A stretch of 64,000 bases of DNA from Paraspadella gotoi (GCA_051294375.1 CM119264.1:27229340-27293339), one strand, 5' to 3'. Positions 46,430-60,300 are shown, counted from the stretch's first letter. Translations and numbers: made by a program. The notes: generated by a model from the letters alone, not told the origin.

Positions 46430-47308
46430 CGACCACTGTGTAGCTATACGTGAGATGGAACCTGAACAAGACTTATCTGCGAGATTTAGAGAGCCGAGGT
46501 CTTCCGAAGGGAGTCTTGCTTCCATCGACCATTTGGCTCGATGAGAAAGGACTCGCTTCTCGCAAAGAGCTTCGAAAAAGCCGTCCTCAAACCAATAAGA
46601 GGCTCGGGTAAATTTTCTTGAATAAGAAACTGATTTGGTTTTAGTGTAGGTGTTCTATTAGTGATTTTCCTATTTGAGCTTTAAAACAGCTAAATCTAGT
46701 TGTAAAAAACGGCATTGTCACCGCGTCACTTGGCGGAAATTGCTTCTTTTCCCTTTTTAAAGAAAACGTTCAATTTCCTAATGTAAAGTGGCGGTTTTCA
46801 TTGGGTCGTTGACACCCAAAAAAGTCACGATAGTCCAAGAAGAAAGGTTAAAATCTGAAATGAGCAACGGCGGGCTCATGATTCAAAAGTACGTGGAATT
46901 GTTAGGCGAGGTCAACTTGGTCTTTTTCGACGGAGTCTTCACCAACGCCTTTTGGAAACCTCCGCTGCAGGCCGGCGGCAATTTGACCCAGTCGTCGTTC
47001 TCGAATTGTCTTCCCGACAACCGCCTTCAGGAATTGGCGTCGAATATTTTGCCACTCGTGGATGAACAAGTTTTGTACGCGCGAGTCGACCTTGCGGTGG
47101 ACAAGTCCACCGCTGACGACGTTGTCCGATTTGTTCGTCGAACGAAAATGATTGTCCCGTCCCTATCTCTACGTCAAGCGGGCCGTTGTATCTGATGGAA
47201 TTAGAGCTGATCGAGCCTCAGTTGTTTCTGGATGAAATATCGGCCGAATCGGCTTGAGAGTTGGTTTTTGCACGGCTTCGCTCGATGAAAGGAAAAGAAT
47301 CTCTGTAA
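46430..47308 (+). pseudogene. Disrupted RimK/glutathione-synthetase-like ATP-grasp gene
   Basis: RWNLNKTYLRDL, KAVLKP, LMIQKY, GEVNLVFFDG, LYARVDL, LMELELIEPQLFL. In-frame stops, an apparent frameshift near 46575, and no clear start codon. Confidence 0.7.
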
Positions 47309-47483
47309 AAAATTAAAATTAAATGAACAAATACAAATTCAATTTTTTACAATTCTTTATTTGTATTACTCGATACTGAGATTTTCTTTTCACTTGTGTT
47401 TTCTACATATTTTATGAATATAGATATTAAATGGATTTACTCTTTTTCAGAATAAGATTTAGGTCACGAAATAGTAAAACAAA

Positions 47484-48408
47484 ATGTTGAAAGTGGAAGT
47501 TTGCGCGTTTTCGGGACTGAAGATTTACCCGGGCCACGGGAAGAGAGTCGCCCGGGCCGATGGCCGGACTCTCATTTTCCTCAACTCCAAATGCGAGAGG
47601 AACAATAGGCTCAAGAGGAACCCCAGAAAGGTATGTCGAAGGAAACAATATAAGGGCAGGAAGAAAAGGAAATGAGAAAGGAAATTGTATGGAAAACAAA
47701 AAAGGAATAAAGTAAATGAGGTCTAGGCTAAATAAATAAATGAAATTGGTACAACCAATATAAAAATTCATTTAATAAATAAGCTATCTTGTAATCTATG
47801 TATCTATCTAAGCTATCTTATAAATATGTATCTACAAAAGTGTTATAATACTTCCAATCGCCATCTACTTGGGGAAATATTTTTATCCTCGGCTAGGTGA
47901 ACTGGACGGTATTGTACCGCCGCAAGCATCGCAAAGGAATGGTTGAAGAGACAACCAAAAAGCGCACGCGCCGTACGCAGAAGTTCATGCGCGCGGTGAC
48001 CGGTGCCACCTTGGCAGACATCTTGGCGAAGCGAAACCAGAAACCCGAAGTCAGAAAGGCGCAGAGGTGAGAAAGATGCGAGGATGCTTTAAAAATCTGT
48101 TTGAAGTCGGCCAAGAAGAAATAAATAAATTCTGTAATTGACTCCTTGTGAACAGAGAGCAGGCCATTCGGGCGGCAAAAGAAAAGAAGCAGGCTAAAGA
48201 GGCGAAAAAAGCCGAGAAGAAGCAGGCAAGTTGCGAAGCTTGTTTTATGGTTCAGAATTTCCCCCCCCCCAAAAAAAAATAATAAATTGTCTAAATACAA
48301 AAACACTCTTTGCTTCAGGCGCCGGTTCAAAAATCGGCCAAGACCAAACCTGCCAAGGTTGCCGCGCCCAAGATGGCCAAAGCCAAAACCGCCGGCGGAA
48401 AGAGATAA
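47484..48408 (+). CDS. RPL24: 60S ribosomal protein L24 (eL24)
   Basis: [37 protein letters not shown]-terminal GGKR*; last intron is GC-AG. Confidence 0.98.
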
Positions 48409-48617
48409 AAAAAACTCGTTGTCGTTGAAAGAAAGAAAAAAACGCGCGATCCTTTTGTTTGGTTTTTAAATATTTGATCATTTGTTTGGTTAGAAATATT
48501 ATGATTCAAATTATTTTTAGCGATAAATTGCTTCCACTTTCCGCTTATAAAATTTATTCAGTTGTACTCGTAAAGATTAAAAAGGTAGAAACGTCAGAAG
48601 ACTTTTCTCTCCGCGCG

Positions 48618-49737
48618 ATGTCGCGCGAATCGCTTATCCGCCTATTTTCGTTACTCTTTTGTTGGATTTCTTCGATCACCGTTTCCGCCGCAGCCATTGA
48701 TTCTTCCGGTTTTATTCGTCATTTCGTCGACGGGACCTACAGAGGGCGTTTGAATAGGACGGTGAGTGAATGAGGAATAAGCTTCAAAAATGCCCAGATA
48801 GAGTGTCACGATGATGTCGATTTCTTTGCAGTTGCGTCCTCCCGGTCAAGGATTTCACGTCGAAGCGCTGACGACCGTGTCGCTGGAATCTCCATTCTTA
48901 TCTTCTTCCTCACGACTCAACTGTTCCCTGCTTTTAGCTGAGACGCTTCCTTCTGGTCTTTACGTCGATGCTTTCGAGCTACGCCATAGAATCGAGTTTG
49001 GAGGTGGGTCTCTGGGATTTTATGAAGGAGCGTGGGCCTCAATTATATCCAGCTCTTTTTCCTAAGGTCCCCGCATCGTTCTCCCCGCTCCAATCGACGT
49101 CGAAGCTCCGGAGCACCGCTCCTCCACTCGCCGTCTCCTTGCATATCTACCTTTCTCTCTCGACCCGCGCCTTGACGCCCTCATCGCTCGAGCTTCGCTG
49201 CCTGTCCACGTGCGCTACCACGCCCCGGTGTCCGGCGGAGCTCCGCGCGATTTCATCTTTCACGCGCCGGAAGTCTTTGTCGGTTGCTACGACGGGGAAG
49301 GCAGGTCAGGGATTAAAGCTTGTTAAACCTTTGCAAAAAACAGAAGTTAATGCGCGACGCTTTAACTTGACTTTAACTTAAAGTTTAAGTCGTCTCTCGT
49401 ACTCCCTAGATTCGTAGATCCGTCAAGGAGTAGCGGAGCAAAGAAGTGGCCTTGTCAACCACCGAACGAATCGAGTCGTTGCCGGTGGACACCATTCGAT
49501 GCCGGTTAGAAGCTAAATCACAAACTCATGCCAATGCGACACAATGACTAAATCATTTTAACCCATTTTAACACAGAGCCGACGACTCCGCCCATAAAAA
49601 TTCGCGCCCCTCGTGGCGATTCTGATCACGTGATCGGTGTCGTTATCGTTACGCTCGCCACTTGCGCCTGGGGCGTGTCGCTTATCCTTTTCGTGGATGA
49701 CAACAATTTGGCGGGAAAAAGAGAAAAACGAGAATGA
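48618..49737 (+). CDS. PIGX: GPI mannosyltransferase I subunit PIG-X
   Basis: Signal-peptide-like N-terminus, GQGFH, LPSGLYVDAFEL, IDVEAPE, LPVHVRYHAP, PRGD and a C-terminal transmembrane segment. Confidence 0.85.
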
Positions 49738-49866
49738 TCTAATCTCTTCAGCTCAGCGACATTTATCTTGCTTACGATATTTTTTTTCTCACCCCCCCAA
49801 ATCTACGTCGAAATCTTTACTTTTTTATGCCACATTTACGATCCGAGTTTTTTCTCGTCTTCCTTC

Positions 49867-51002
49867 ATGTCCTCCCTCTCTCTCTGGTGGCGTCGCTATC
49901 GTTTTCGTTTCGTGCCTCTCATCGCTCGCGACTTTGACCGACGATGTCGCCGCCCGTCGCCTCGTTTCGGCGCCGAGTTCCGCGTCGACGATGCCGCCGT
50001 AAAGGCGCAGTTGACGAGTTTCTTGACGCAACTTGGCGACGAAAGAGGGCGTCGTCGAGATAGCCTCGGAAGCGCCTTGACAAGATGGCGGCGTCGGATA
50101 ACGCCGACCTCCTCCGAAGAAGATCGGCGAGGCGGCGTCGAAATCATGAAAAGGACTTGGGGTTTCGCCGTAGAGTGTCGGACGAGCGGATTGGGGGAGG
50201 AAGCGGGAAGGGGGGTGTTCGTCCTCGGGAACGACGACGTAGCTGGTGAGACATATTACAGTCCCAGCCCCAGGATTATTGTTAGTCAGGATTTAACGAC
50301 ATTTATTCATCCTCTGTCAGCTGAAACCGTCGTCGTCCCCGCTGGCCATCTGGTTGCTCTCTACCCCGGAACCTTTTACGCTCCTGGCGAACCTCTTCTC
50401 ATCGCTTCCATCGCCAATCCTTACGTCTTTCGCTGCGCCGACGGAATGCTGCTCGACGGAAATGGAAAAAGTGCGCGAGTTCGATATTAGTAAATTTCAT
50501 GTTTTCTCTTCTCTATTTAATCTATCGATCCTAAAGGACTTTCGGGCGCCATCTTCCGTTCACTCTTGCATCGCGACTCCACTGCCCCCATCGATTTTGT
50601 CGCTGCCGACGCGACGTGGACGACCGAGTTTCCGCTCAATCCTCTTTCCGTCGGGCAGATCGTCAACAACGCCGACGACGATGACGATTCCGAAGACTCT
50701 GGAGCGGCCAACGTCACTTACCACGAGATAGCCTTGAAATGTCCCGAGGAATTGTCTTTCGATCTATTGCAAGTAAGAAGTGGAAGATTCTCTGTTCTAA
50801 AGTGAATTCGCATCTCTCTTTATTCTCCGTCTCCTTCTTTTAGCATCTGCCTTACCTCCGTTACTCTCCCGAATCTTCGATCCAAAGCGGAAGTCGCATC
50901 AAATGCGTCGTCCTCGTCTCCACGCGTCCGATTCGTCACGGGGAGGAGCTCTTCTCCGCTTATTTCTCGCTCCTTCCGCTTCGAAAGGACGAGCTCGGCT
51001 GA
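49867..51002 (+). CDS. SETD9: SET domain-containing protein 9
   Basis: WWRRYRFRFVP, AGRGVFV, VALYPGTFY, SIANPYVFRCADG, NPLSVGQIVNN, GEELFSAY. Confidence 0.9.
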
Positions 51003-51220
51003 TATTCTCAAATATTGAAAATATTACTTCCTAATTTATTAATTATTATTGCTCAGTTTTTATGGTTGAAATTTTTATTTTTTCAGTCTTAAAAATGTAA
51101 AAATGCGCAGTCCTATCGTGTAATACAGTCAATGAACAAGGAATGTGTGTTACTCTTTATTGTCTTTATTGACAAATTGAATGTGTTATGCTATTTCTTC
51201 CTGTCAAAGTGTGATAAACA

Positions 51221-51334
51221 ATGACGCACGTTCAGGAATTAATTTCCCTTTGTGGTCGTCTGGAAAGAGGGACCATCACAGGTTAAATTTCGATGTAGTG
51301 TCTAATCGCAGCTGAGTCAATACATCAATCACAC

Positions 51335-51375
<41 letters not shown>

Positions 51376-54300
51376 GTAATAATAATAATAACTATGTCCG
51401 TTGACGAGAATTACGCTCCAACAATAATAATTTCCCTCTCTCACCGACTTCATTCAGATCGTCGGAAAGCAGCGGCCTCGCTCACCGATCTCATCGCCAA
51501 CCCTGACGCCTGCTCCGACCTCGACGAGCTCGGTCGACCCAACACCAACTCTTCGGGTCAGGCCATCGGTGGCCGCTTCACGTGGGACTCGGTATTCACG
51601 TCGGTGGTGGGATTCGTCAAGACCGAGGCCGAGTCTTTAACCAAGGCCGCAGCAAAGGTCTGTCTAAAAGCGTCTACTTAGTAGTTGGGAAAGTAAAAAA
51701 TATTTATGCAGCGGCATCCCGTTAGGGCGGTGCATCGGCGTCGTCGGACGCGTCACGGTCTAAGAAGGCGCGCGAGGCGGCGGACGCGCTTCGTCTCGTC
51801 GCGCGACATTCGGAGAAACACGCCCACTTTTTAGACGCCTCCTCGGTGGTGGCGCAGATCCTGGACGTAGTAAGGGATGAAGAATATTATCGTTTTTTGG
51901 GTGTGGACTTTGTCAACATCTTGGCTAACGAGCTGCTGACGAGGTAATGAAACAAAGTTTAAGTCAAAGTTAACTACATTTACACCAGTTTTTCTTTCCT
52001 CTCCCTCTTGCCAGACGTCACTTTTGGATTAACATGACCCCCATTGAGTGGCGCAATCTCGTCGTCGCCGTTCGAGTTCTTCTCTCCGAACAACGAGTCA
52101 CGATTGTGGGTCGAGGATCAGAGCGTGAGGCTCTCTCGCGCTGCCTCTACCAACTCCTTCGATTGGCTTCCATGCAGGTCAGAAAAGATAGTCATAAATA
52201 TAACCATAAACAATTAACATTACTTTGCCTGACATTTGTTTACAATATTATCCTACGGGCAGCGCAGACATGCATCAAGACGAAGAAGAAGAATACTTTA
52301 TCGTTCTTCGAAAAGTTCTTCGCCGCTGCCGACGTTCACTCGGAGAGCGCCGTCGTCGTCGTCAACATCGTCAAATCCGTCAACGTTTATTGCGAAACGC
52401 TGAAAGAAGACGAACCCATGCAGATTGCAGCTCTCGGCGAAGCGATTATACCCGGTGAGTGGTGACTGTTGTTCGGAAGCGCAGCTTATTGATTAATAAT
52501 TTAAATTTTTAAATACTGTATAGTTTTGGTGAACCTTGGGCGCCGAAAAAAATCTGAGCTTCTCAAACTGGAAACCTTGAAGTTTTTACGCTTTCAATTC
52601 GATCTCCATGAAGAGATCGACGCCGTCGGCGACGAGAGATGGCGCCGATGCGTCCTTGACGTTTTCCAGGTTCTTTTCGATCAGATCTTCGAAAAACAAA
52701 AGGAAAACAAAGTGACGGGAACCTCCGGTCGTAAATCTCTCCTCCTCCCGCCGGCTTTCGTTTCTTTCGCCGCCCGAGTCTTTCGCATCGTTCTCGGTTC
52801 CACCGGCGTCGGCGCCGAGAACTCCTTCGTCGTTGCCGCAAGCGTCCGCGCAAAGCTGGATACCATCGGCCTCGCCGGGTTGCAAGGGAATGATGTGAAT
52901 GACGCGACAGGTAAATCAATTTGCGCCTCCTTATTTTTTTCCCTGATTTAATGGATTTTTTTTTTTGGTTTCTTGTTTTTTTTTGTCAGCTGGTTCCGAT
53001 GACCGAATCTTTGCCGATTCTCCGTCTTCTCCCGCCTCTCCCACTCCGGCCGCCAAGCGCCGCCGACTCGAGATTCCTTCACCTTGGCCCAAATTCACGG
53101 AACAGTTGGCAGCTTTAAAGACGAGCGCGGAGGCGGCTCCTTGGGCACAGCTCGTCGCCGCCTTGCTCCTCGGCGACTTCGGCACCTTCGATTTGGCGGA
53201 AATGCGCGATCTTTTGGAGACGCTCGTAGAGACTCTTTCGTCTAAAGGCGACAAAGGGGAAAGCGGTGGATCGAAAGTGGGTGAAGAAAAGACACGACGA
53301 CACTTTTTACCGTAAATATTTACGCCGTCGATTTCTTTTCCCTAAGGTCGTTCATTCTGTCGTCGCCGGTCAAACTTTGTCCTGCCTTCGAGAGGTTGCG
53401 TTGGCTTGGAGGAGACTGCAACGCGTCGTCGACGAACACTCCGCCGTTCTTTGGCGCCCCGCATGGAACTTGTGCTGGAGACTCTGCCACGACAAGGATT
53501 TGGAGACGAGCGCCCTCGAGGTGTTGTCGGCTATAGTTTCTGGGCGATTGCTAGGAGAGGGTTCTCGCCATCTAGACTTTGAGAGGTGAGTCGATGGTTA
53601 AATTAAGAATTCTTCGTAATTAATTAAATTTAATCCCTCATCCTCATTTATATTCTCTTCAGATGGAAATCTTTTTCTCCTTCTTGCCTCCCCGTCTCGA
53701 CGGCTTCCGTCGTTTTTCTCCTTAGCTGTCTAGCCCACGACGGCTTGCCGCATACTGACGTCTCCGCGGCAGCAGACAATGCCGTTCAAATTCATTCTCT
53801 TCGAACTAGCATCATCCGTTGGCTTCTCGATGCTGGAGATTCAGAAGCCGGACTGGATTCCTCGGGCGACGTCTCCTTCAACGCTACTATGGCATCGACG
53901 ATCGCTAATGCAACATTCGCCACACAGGTTGGTTCAACGTTTAAAGAAAAAACCCTCTGCCTCTACGAAGTAAAATAATCATCGTTTAAAACAAATCTCA
54001 ACTTTCCTGTAAAAAGGGATCCACTCAAGCAGCCAAGACTTTAGCGATCTTGTCAAAACTCAAGTGCCGCTGGCTGCCGCGAGGTCGAGATCGATCCTCG
54101 GGCCGTTCTGGTGCCGATACGCCTGCTGTGGCGCCGGTTATTCTCGCTGCGGCGCTGGTGTCGCTTTCTTTCCACGATCCTGTGGGGTTGTGTATTTGGG
54201 CGACGAGAAATAATAACGAAGATGGGTATTGGGCGAAAACCGCAAGCATAATCGACGCCGTTTGGAAAGAGGTCATAGAATAATTACTAAAATATTATGT

Positions 54301-57300
54301 AAAAATATAATTTGACAGTTAAATTTAAAACATTCCAGGTAGAGGATTCTTTATCCAAAGATGTCGATTCTCTCCGCGACAAAATCCTCAGCGTTCCAGA
54401 AATGACTTCCCTCGTTGCGCCCCACGTTCTCTCTTCCGTTTTTCTGCAAGCGACTCTCGTCAAAACCATTTATAAATTTCGCGTCTTCGTCGATCCGAAA
54501 ACAACGTTCGATCCCGACGGCGCTCTCGCTGCTCCACTGCGTCGGCTTTTACAAGAAGCCGCCCCGATTCTTCATGATTTCGCGACATCCTTCGCCGAGG
54601 GAAACCGGAAGTCGGCCGAGAAGGCCGAGCCGATTCTAAGGAGTTTGATCGAGTTGTACGATGCGAGAGAAGAAGGCGTCGCCCAATTTCTCGCCGCCGT
54701 CATTCCCGATTCCATCACGACCGCTTGTCGGCGTTTCGTCGAATCGACACCGGATTCGGCGGCGTCTTCCTCGAAGCCCAAGCCCGCTAGCGGCGGCGGC
54801 TGCGAGGATGACGATCTCTGGGTAGCAGAAACGGACAAAGCCAACGCCTTCGCTGATCCCACCAACCTGAGATGTCATGCGGACGAACGGCGCCTTGACG
54901 TCTTTGCGAGGTCGTCGAGCGCCGCCTTCGAGCTTCTCGTGAAACATGAGGAATTGGAACGAAGGATCGGCCTCACGTCGCGCGACTCATTTTCCCGGAG
55001 ATTTTTCGAACCAGGCACGTCGTAAAATTGTTTTTAATTGAATCTTTATTGAATTAACAAGTATAATATGGTGGCGAATCCTAAATTCCTAAATCCTAAA
55101 TTCACCAACCGTGAGTCCAGGGTTCAATCCCCTCACGGTCACGTTGGTTAAAGTGTGATGGAGTCGGCATAAACACGCCAGTGACATGGGGTGGTCACTG
55201 CAGGTCCAAAGCCCTGAGCGCCCGCTGTCGGGAGAGGCCTCACACCCCTGCATCGCACATATCCCCCCGTTGCCATAGTATCAATTTTAAGTTTATGCTT
55301 TTTTACTTTTAGGTTTTTTCGATCCTTCCCGTTCGTTGAGCGTTGTGGCTTTGAAATCAACATTGAGTTCATCCGTCGACGCTGATTTGATCTTTGACGT
55401 TGATCTCGTTGGTTCGTTACTGAAGGCCGTTGGCGGCGTCTTCAAATTGAGTCTATTGGTATGCAATGAAACTCCGAGACTTGTTGAAAAGAATGATTTT
55501 GTAAATTAAACCCATCGTCACTTTAAGGATCAAACCATGTATACGGCTTGCATCGCTTTCGTTCATCACCTCATCGGCGTCATAGACCGACTGAGTGGCA
55601 AGGTTTTGCCGTCAAACGACGTAAACGCAATTAATGAAGAAAACCACGGTAGGTTTGCAACAACAATAAAAAAAAAATTGCTTCTCGCTACTTTTCTCCC
55701 AGCCTTGTTGCTTGTTTATTCAATGTATTCCTCGCGTATCGTACTTTAGTGACCCTCATCTTGATGACTGTGGTCAATTCGAGTCACCAGAGTATTTTCT
55801 TTTCCTGTAATCCTTGGCCCGCCGGGCAGTGGACCTCTTTGCTTACGCTTGACTTAGATTTCTTGGACAGATTCTCTCCGATGTCAAATTGATCTAGGAA
55901 GTCGTCACGTTTTTCCTCCGTCAAACTTTCGTCATCGTCATTGGAGCGGCTGTATCGCAACAAAAATGAAAATCTCCAGCGCTAAACGTTCTTCTGGCTA
56001 AAGCTTCAAATCTCTGAAGACAGATCGTGTTTAATACTATCAAACCCTGTCAATTTCGCATTCATTTCGAAATAAATCCTTTTTTTTTTTGTTTATCTTA
56101 ATTTTCACTGATAATTTTTTTCATTGGAAGACTGCAATGGCGAGCAACTTCCCAAAACCACCCGTTCTGTTGGGAGTTCCCGACGAACCAGTCGCATCCC
56201 CTCAAGACTCAAATTACACCACCACGAAATACGGAGGCGCCTGCGACCCAATTCCGCCTTTGACTCGCAGAGATTTCCGACGGTCCTGCCGAATTTGCGG
56301 GAGATCGTCTCAACTTATCTCTCAAATATATTGTCCCTGGTCAGAGAGTCCGTTTCACCGAACCATCTACCTCCTTGCCTGCACCCACCGCGACTGTTGG
56401 AACAAAGAAGAGGGTTGGGTGGCGTTGAGAGGTCAGGCGATTTCCGTCGATGTCGAATCACGAGTGACGACGGAAAAGAAAGCAGACATTTTCGAACTCG
56501 ACGATGAATGGGGAGACGAGGAAGATGACGCCGATGATATAGACTTCCCTTTGCGCAATTTGAGCTCAACTCGCGTGACTTTGCAAGATTCAGCCGTCGA
56601 CGAATCGGAAGACGTCGGTAATCGTCGTCAAGATAATTCCGAATCCGCCAAGATTTGCCAAGACGTCATCGAGGAAGGAAATGTGACGGAAGAGCATTTC
56701 CAGCCTTTTTACATGGCGTGCGTAGAAGATGAAGGAAGCCATGAAGTGACTGACGGTCATGTACAGCAACTTCTCATGAATTACAATCGCTCGGAAGGCG
56801 TTGCGGAGGACATAGCTTCTATGTTGGAGGACAAATGTCAGATCGATGGATTCGGCATCGAAAAATACGAGAAGGAAGTGGCGCGTCATGGCGACGCAGC
56901 CTTCCAGCGTTTCGTCGACACGATCGCCCGGAATCCCTCCCAGATTCTTCGATACTCGTTGGGCGGCGATCCGTTGTTGATGGAACCGATGTCGCAGGCG
57001 GTAGCGCCCTGTCAGAGTTGCGGATCAAAGCGAATTTTCGAGCTGCAACTTTTGCCGACGATGGTCAACTTTTTACGCGCCGACTCTGAACTATCCATCG
57101 ACTTTGGCACGGCTTTGGTCTTTTCTTGCGAAAAGTCTTGCTGGAACGTAGACGAATTGCGGCTCGTGGAAGAAAGGGTCGTTTTGCAATCGGAACCTGG
57201 GAGAGAATTTGTCATGGGAAACTAATTTTGATGACGGAACATTTTTGAATTTTCTAGTTGACCATTATTGAACAGGCTAATTTGACTTCGTTTAGAATAA

Positions 57301-60300
57301 TTTCTTCCTTCCACTCTTTTCTTTAATGTGACCTTTTCTCTGCAAAATTAAAGTGAATTCGTTGTCCTCTGATCGACAATCGTTTACAAATTCTTCCAGC
57401 CGATTCCGCTTCTCCCACCGTTCTCGTCGTCAAATACCGAGAGGCGGCGAAAAAGCTCCTCCTCCACGTCCGCAGTGATCGCCATGCTTTTCCCGTCGCC
57501 GACCAGAGCTTCAAACTTCGCGCGTCCGTCGCCGCCTGCTACGTCGAGTTTTCAAGGGTCGACCCTGGAAGCCGGTGGGGCGCCGACGAATCCGGAATCG
57601 TGGAGGCTTTCGACGTCGTCGAAAGGTCAGAATTTAATGGCGAAGAAGGAAAATACCGGTTGCAAAAAATTAACACATGAATTTATAAATAAAATGTTAG
57701 GATTTGCGAGGTGCTGGTTGAAAAGTCGCACAAGGCGCGATTGGTGGCCGCAAGGGGCTTGTCAAAATTATTCTTTACTTTCGGTGATTCCTCTTCCCGA
57801 TGCAACCAGTCGGACTACGTTGACGCCTTTTCTATTTGGCAGAAGGTGAAGCGAACTTAATAAGTTTACCAATCTCATTTGCATATAGTATAAATTTAAA
57901 GCACCATTGGTTTATGTTCTGTTTAAATATTTGGCTTATTTTTGGGTTTTCTATACGTAATTGTTATTAGCCTGAATAGATAACTTTGTGATATTTTATT
58001 AGATTAAACAATTAAAAAAGAAATCAAATTTTGATCCTTCCTTCTTCAAAGGTGACGTCGTGCGCGGAGACTCTGCTCGAGTCGCTTCCCGACGGCGACG
58101 ACCTCTCAGACGCCGACGAGCGGAAAAACCTGGCAACGACGCTGACGACGGCGTTGATCTCCGTAGTGGAGTCAAGTGAGATCGTGAGACTCGATGCCCT
58201 TCTTCTTTTGGCTCGAAAGCTGCGGGCCAAGGGGGAAGGAGCCGTTTTGTGCGGCGATGACCGCGCGATGTTGGAGAGAATCGCATCTAGAAAACTGAAC
58301 GAAGTCGCGTCGAGAGCGGGTGCGAAGGATTTAAAGGTATATGGCGACTATGGCGGTCGTGATTTCTTTACTATTTTTGCTTCTATTGTGATCAATACGG
58401 GGTGAACACAATCGGTTGTCCAGGATTACGTGCGACCGAAGATTAGACATCTCCTCCACCGATGGATCAACGCTGGCATCTCTCCGCTCGAGTTTCCCTT
58501 CCGTTTAGCGGGTCATTCCTCTCTCGCTCAGATGGTCGAGAGTCACGAGGAACAAATCGTCTCTTCCTTCGTCTACAATGTCGACTTGACGAAAGTCAAA
58601 GAGGTCGCCCAGACTTTGAAACGGGATCCTATTTCCATCGTCCTCGCTGCGCTGCCCATGACCACTGTACTTATTATTGTAAGTTACGATTTGAAGGTAA
58701 AGAGACGAATTTGTTTTGCTTTAATCTTTTTTTTTCGCGCCAAAAAGATGGATTTGATTTCCGTCGAAGATAAAATTCGAGGTGACGCGGAAAAGAAGAT
58801 GGAGTCCATCATCGACATGGTCTCGATGGACGAGTTTCGCGAAAGACTCCGTCAGGCGTCGGACAGGGTGCTCGTGATGCTAATTCAACGCCTCGACTTG
58901 GGGTATGATTTAAGAGTTTAATAATAGAATAATTTCAAAATTGGAAATAATATAATTTAATCACGAAAGACCGGACGCCGCCCCGCCTTCCGCCGACCGA
59001 GTTATCTCCTGCTCTTCCTTGAAACGCTGCGTTTCCCTCTTTGGTCGCCAAGTTGGCTTCGAAATCAAATCCTCGAATCCTTTCATCGACGTCCTCGTCG
59101 ATCCCGGCAGACCCTGCGTCGTCGGCCTCTTTTCCCTCTATGCCACAAAACTTTTAAATTCTGACGCCGGGACGACGGCGGCCGAGCGTCGAAGGCTCGT
59201 CGCCGAGTACAACTTTTTATCGTCTAGTGTCTTCGACGGCGAACAGAACAAAGAACTTTCTTCTTATTTACCCTTTTTAATCGGAGAGACCTGTTCCACC
59301 CTTTGCCATTTTCTGGACACGGAGATTCGCCTTTCACGCTTCGACGAGGCGGTGGTTCGAACCGTTTTGGAGACTTTGCGATTGATTGTCGACGCGGCCT
59401 CGCGATCTTTCCCCCACTTTATCGGCGTACTGTTGCCGCTTGTCATGGGGACCCTGTCCCGTTTGATTGGTGAGGAGAAACATTGAGTTGTCATAAAGAA
59501 ACTTATACTGTCTCTAAATTCGCATCTTTTTTAAAACACAGTTGCCGTCGAGTCTTCGGATCTGATCTCTCAATGTCGAGATTTGCTCAAATTACTTACG
59601 GTGGACAACGTGACGATTCTGTACCCCTACGTCAGAGGTCTCTACCTTTTACCTCGCGACAGCGTCTTTGCCGAAACTCTTAACTTGCAAATTTCTGTCA
59701 GGGGCGGGGAAAACCTGGGACTTCAGGCAAGCGATGAATGACAAGGTCTCTATTTAACTTTATACATTTTATTTTATTGGTAAATATTTTAGGAGGAAAT
59801 TCGACTGTTTCTGAATTCTTATGATTCCGTGTCCAGCACAGAACTGTTAGGGGCTGGATTAGATTACCTTCAAACGCGTTTCAGTGAGCATAGCTCGCAG
59901 GTCAGTTTTTATATTTAAAGGAACTCGGCGTAGGAAATGTCTTAAATATTATTTCACTATAACTTACAGCTTCACTTCATGAATGAGTTACGCGAATCCG
60001 GCCTCATTACTCTCCTCCTCTCAACCCTTTTTCAAATCTTCAAACGAGGTGGCCCCACAATCGGTCGTCGTGTCATGAAGTTGTTGGGTTCCATCGGACC
60101 CGCTCCCTTCGAAAAAATCTCACTGCCCAAAATTCCCGACTTTAAGTGGTGGCCACAGGCAGAGCGGCTCGTCGACGATCTCTTTGGGAAGACTATGCGC
60201 GACTTGACAGTCCTCAAGATGCTCGACGACCGCATCGACGCTGCGAATATGAATGTTCGTCGAGCGGCGCGAAAGGCTTTGTTGAGGGTCTTCCGTTCCG

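Noticed and set aside
55108-55139. tRNA gene suggested by GGTTCAATCC
   Set aside because: Only a T-arm-like hairpin; no D or anticodon arm.
55785-55960. Short acidic minus-strand frame upstream of PDCD2L
   Set aside because: Under 60 codons, no ATG, no recognisable motif.
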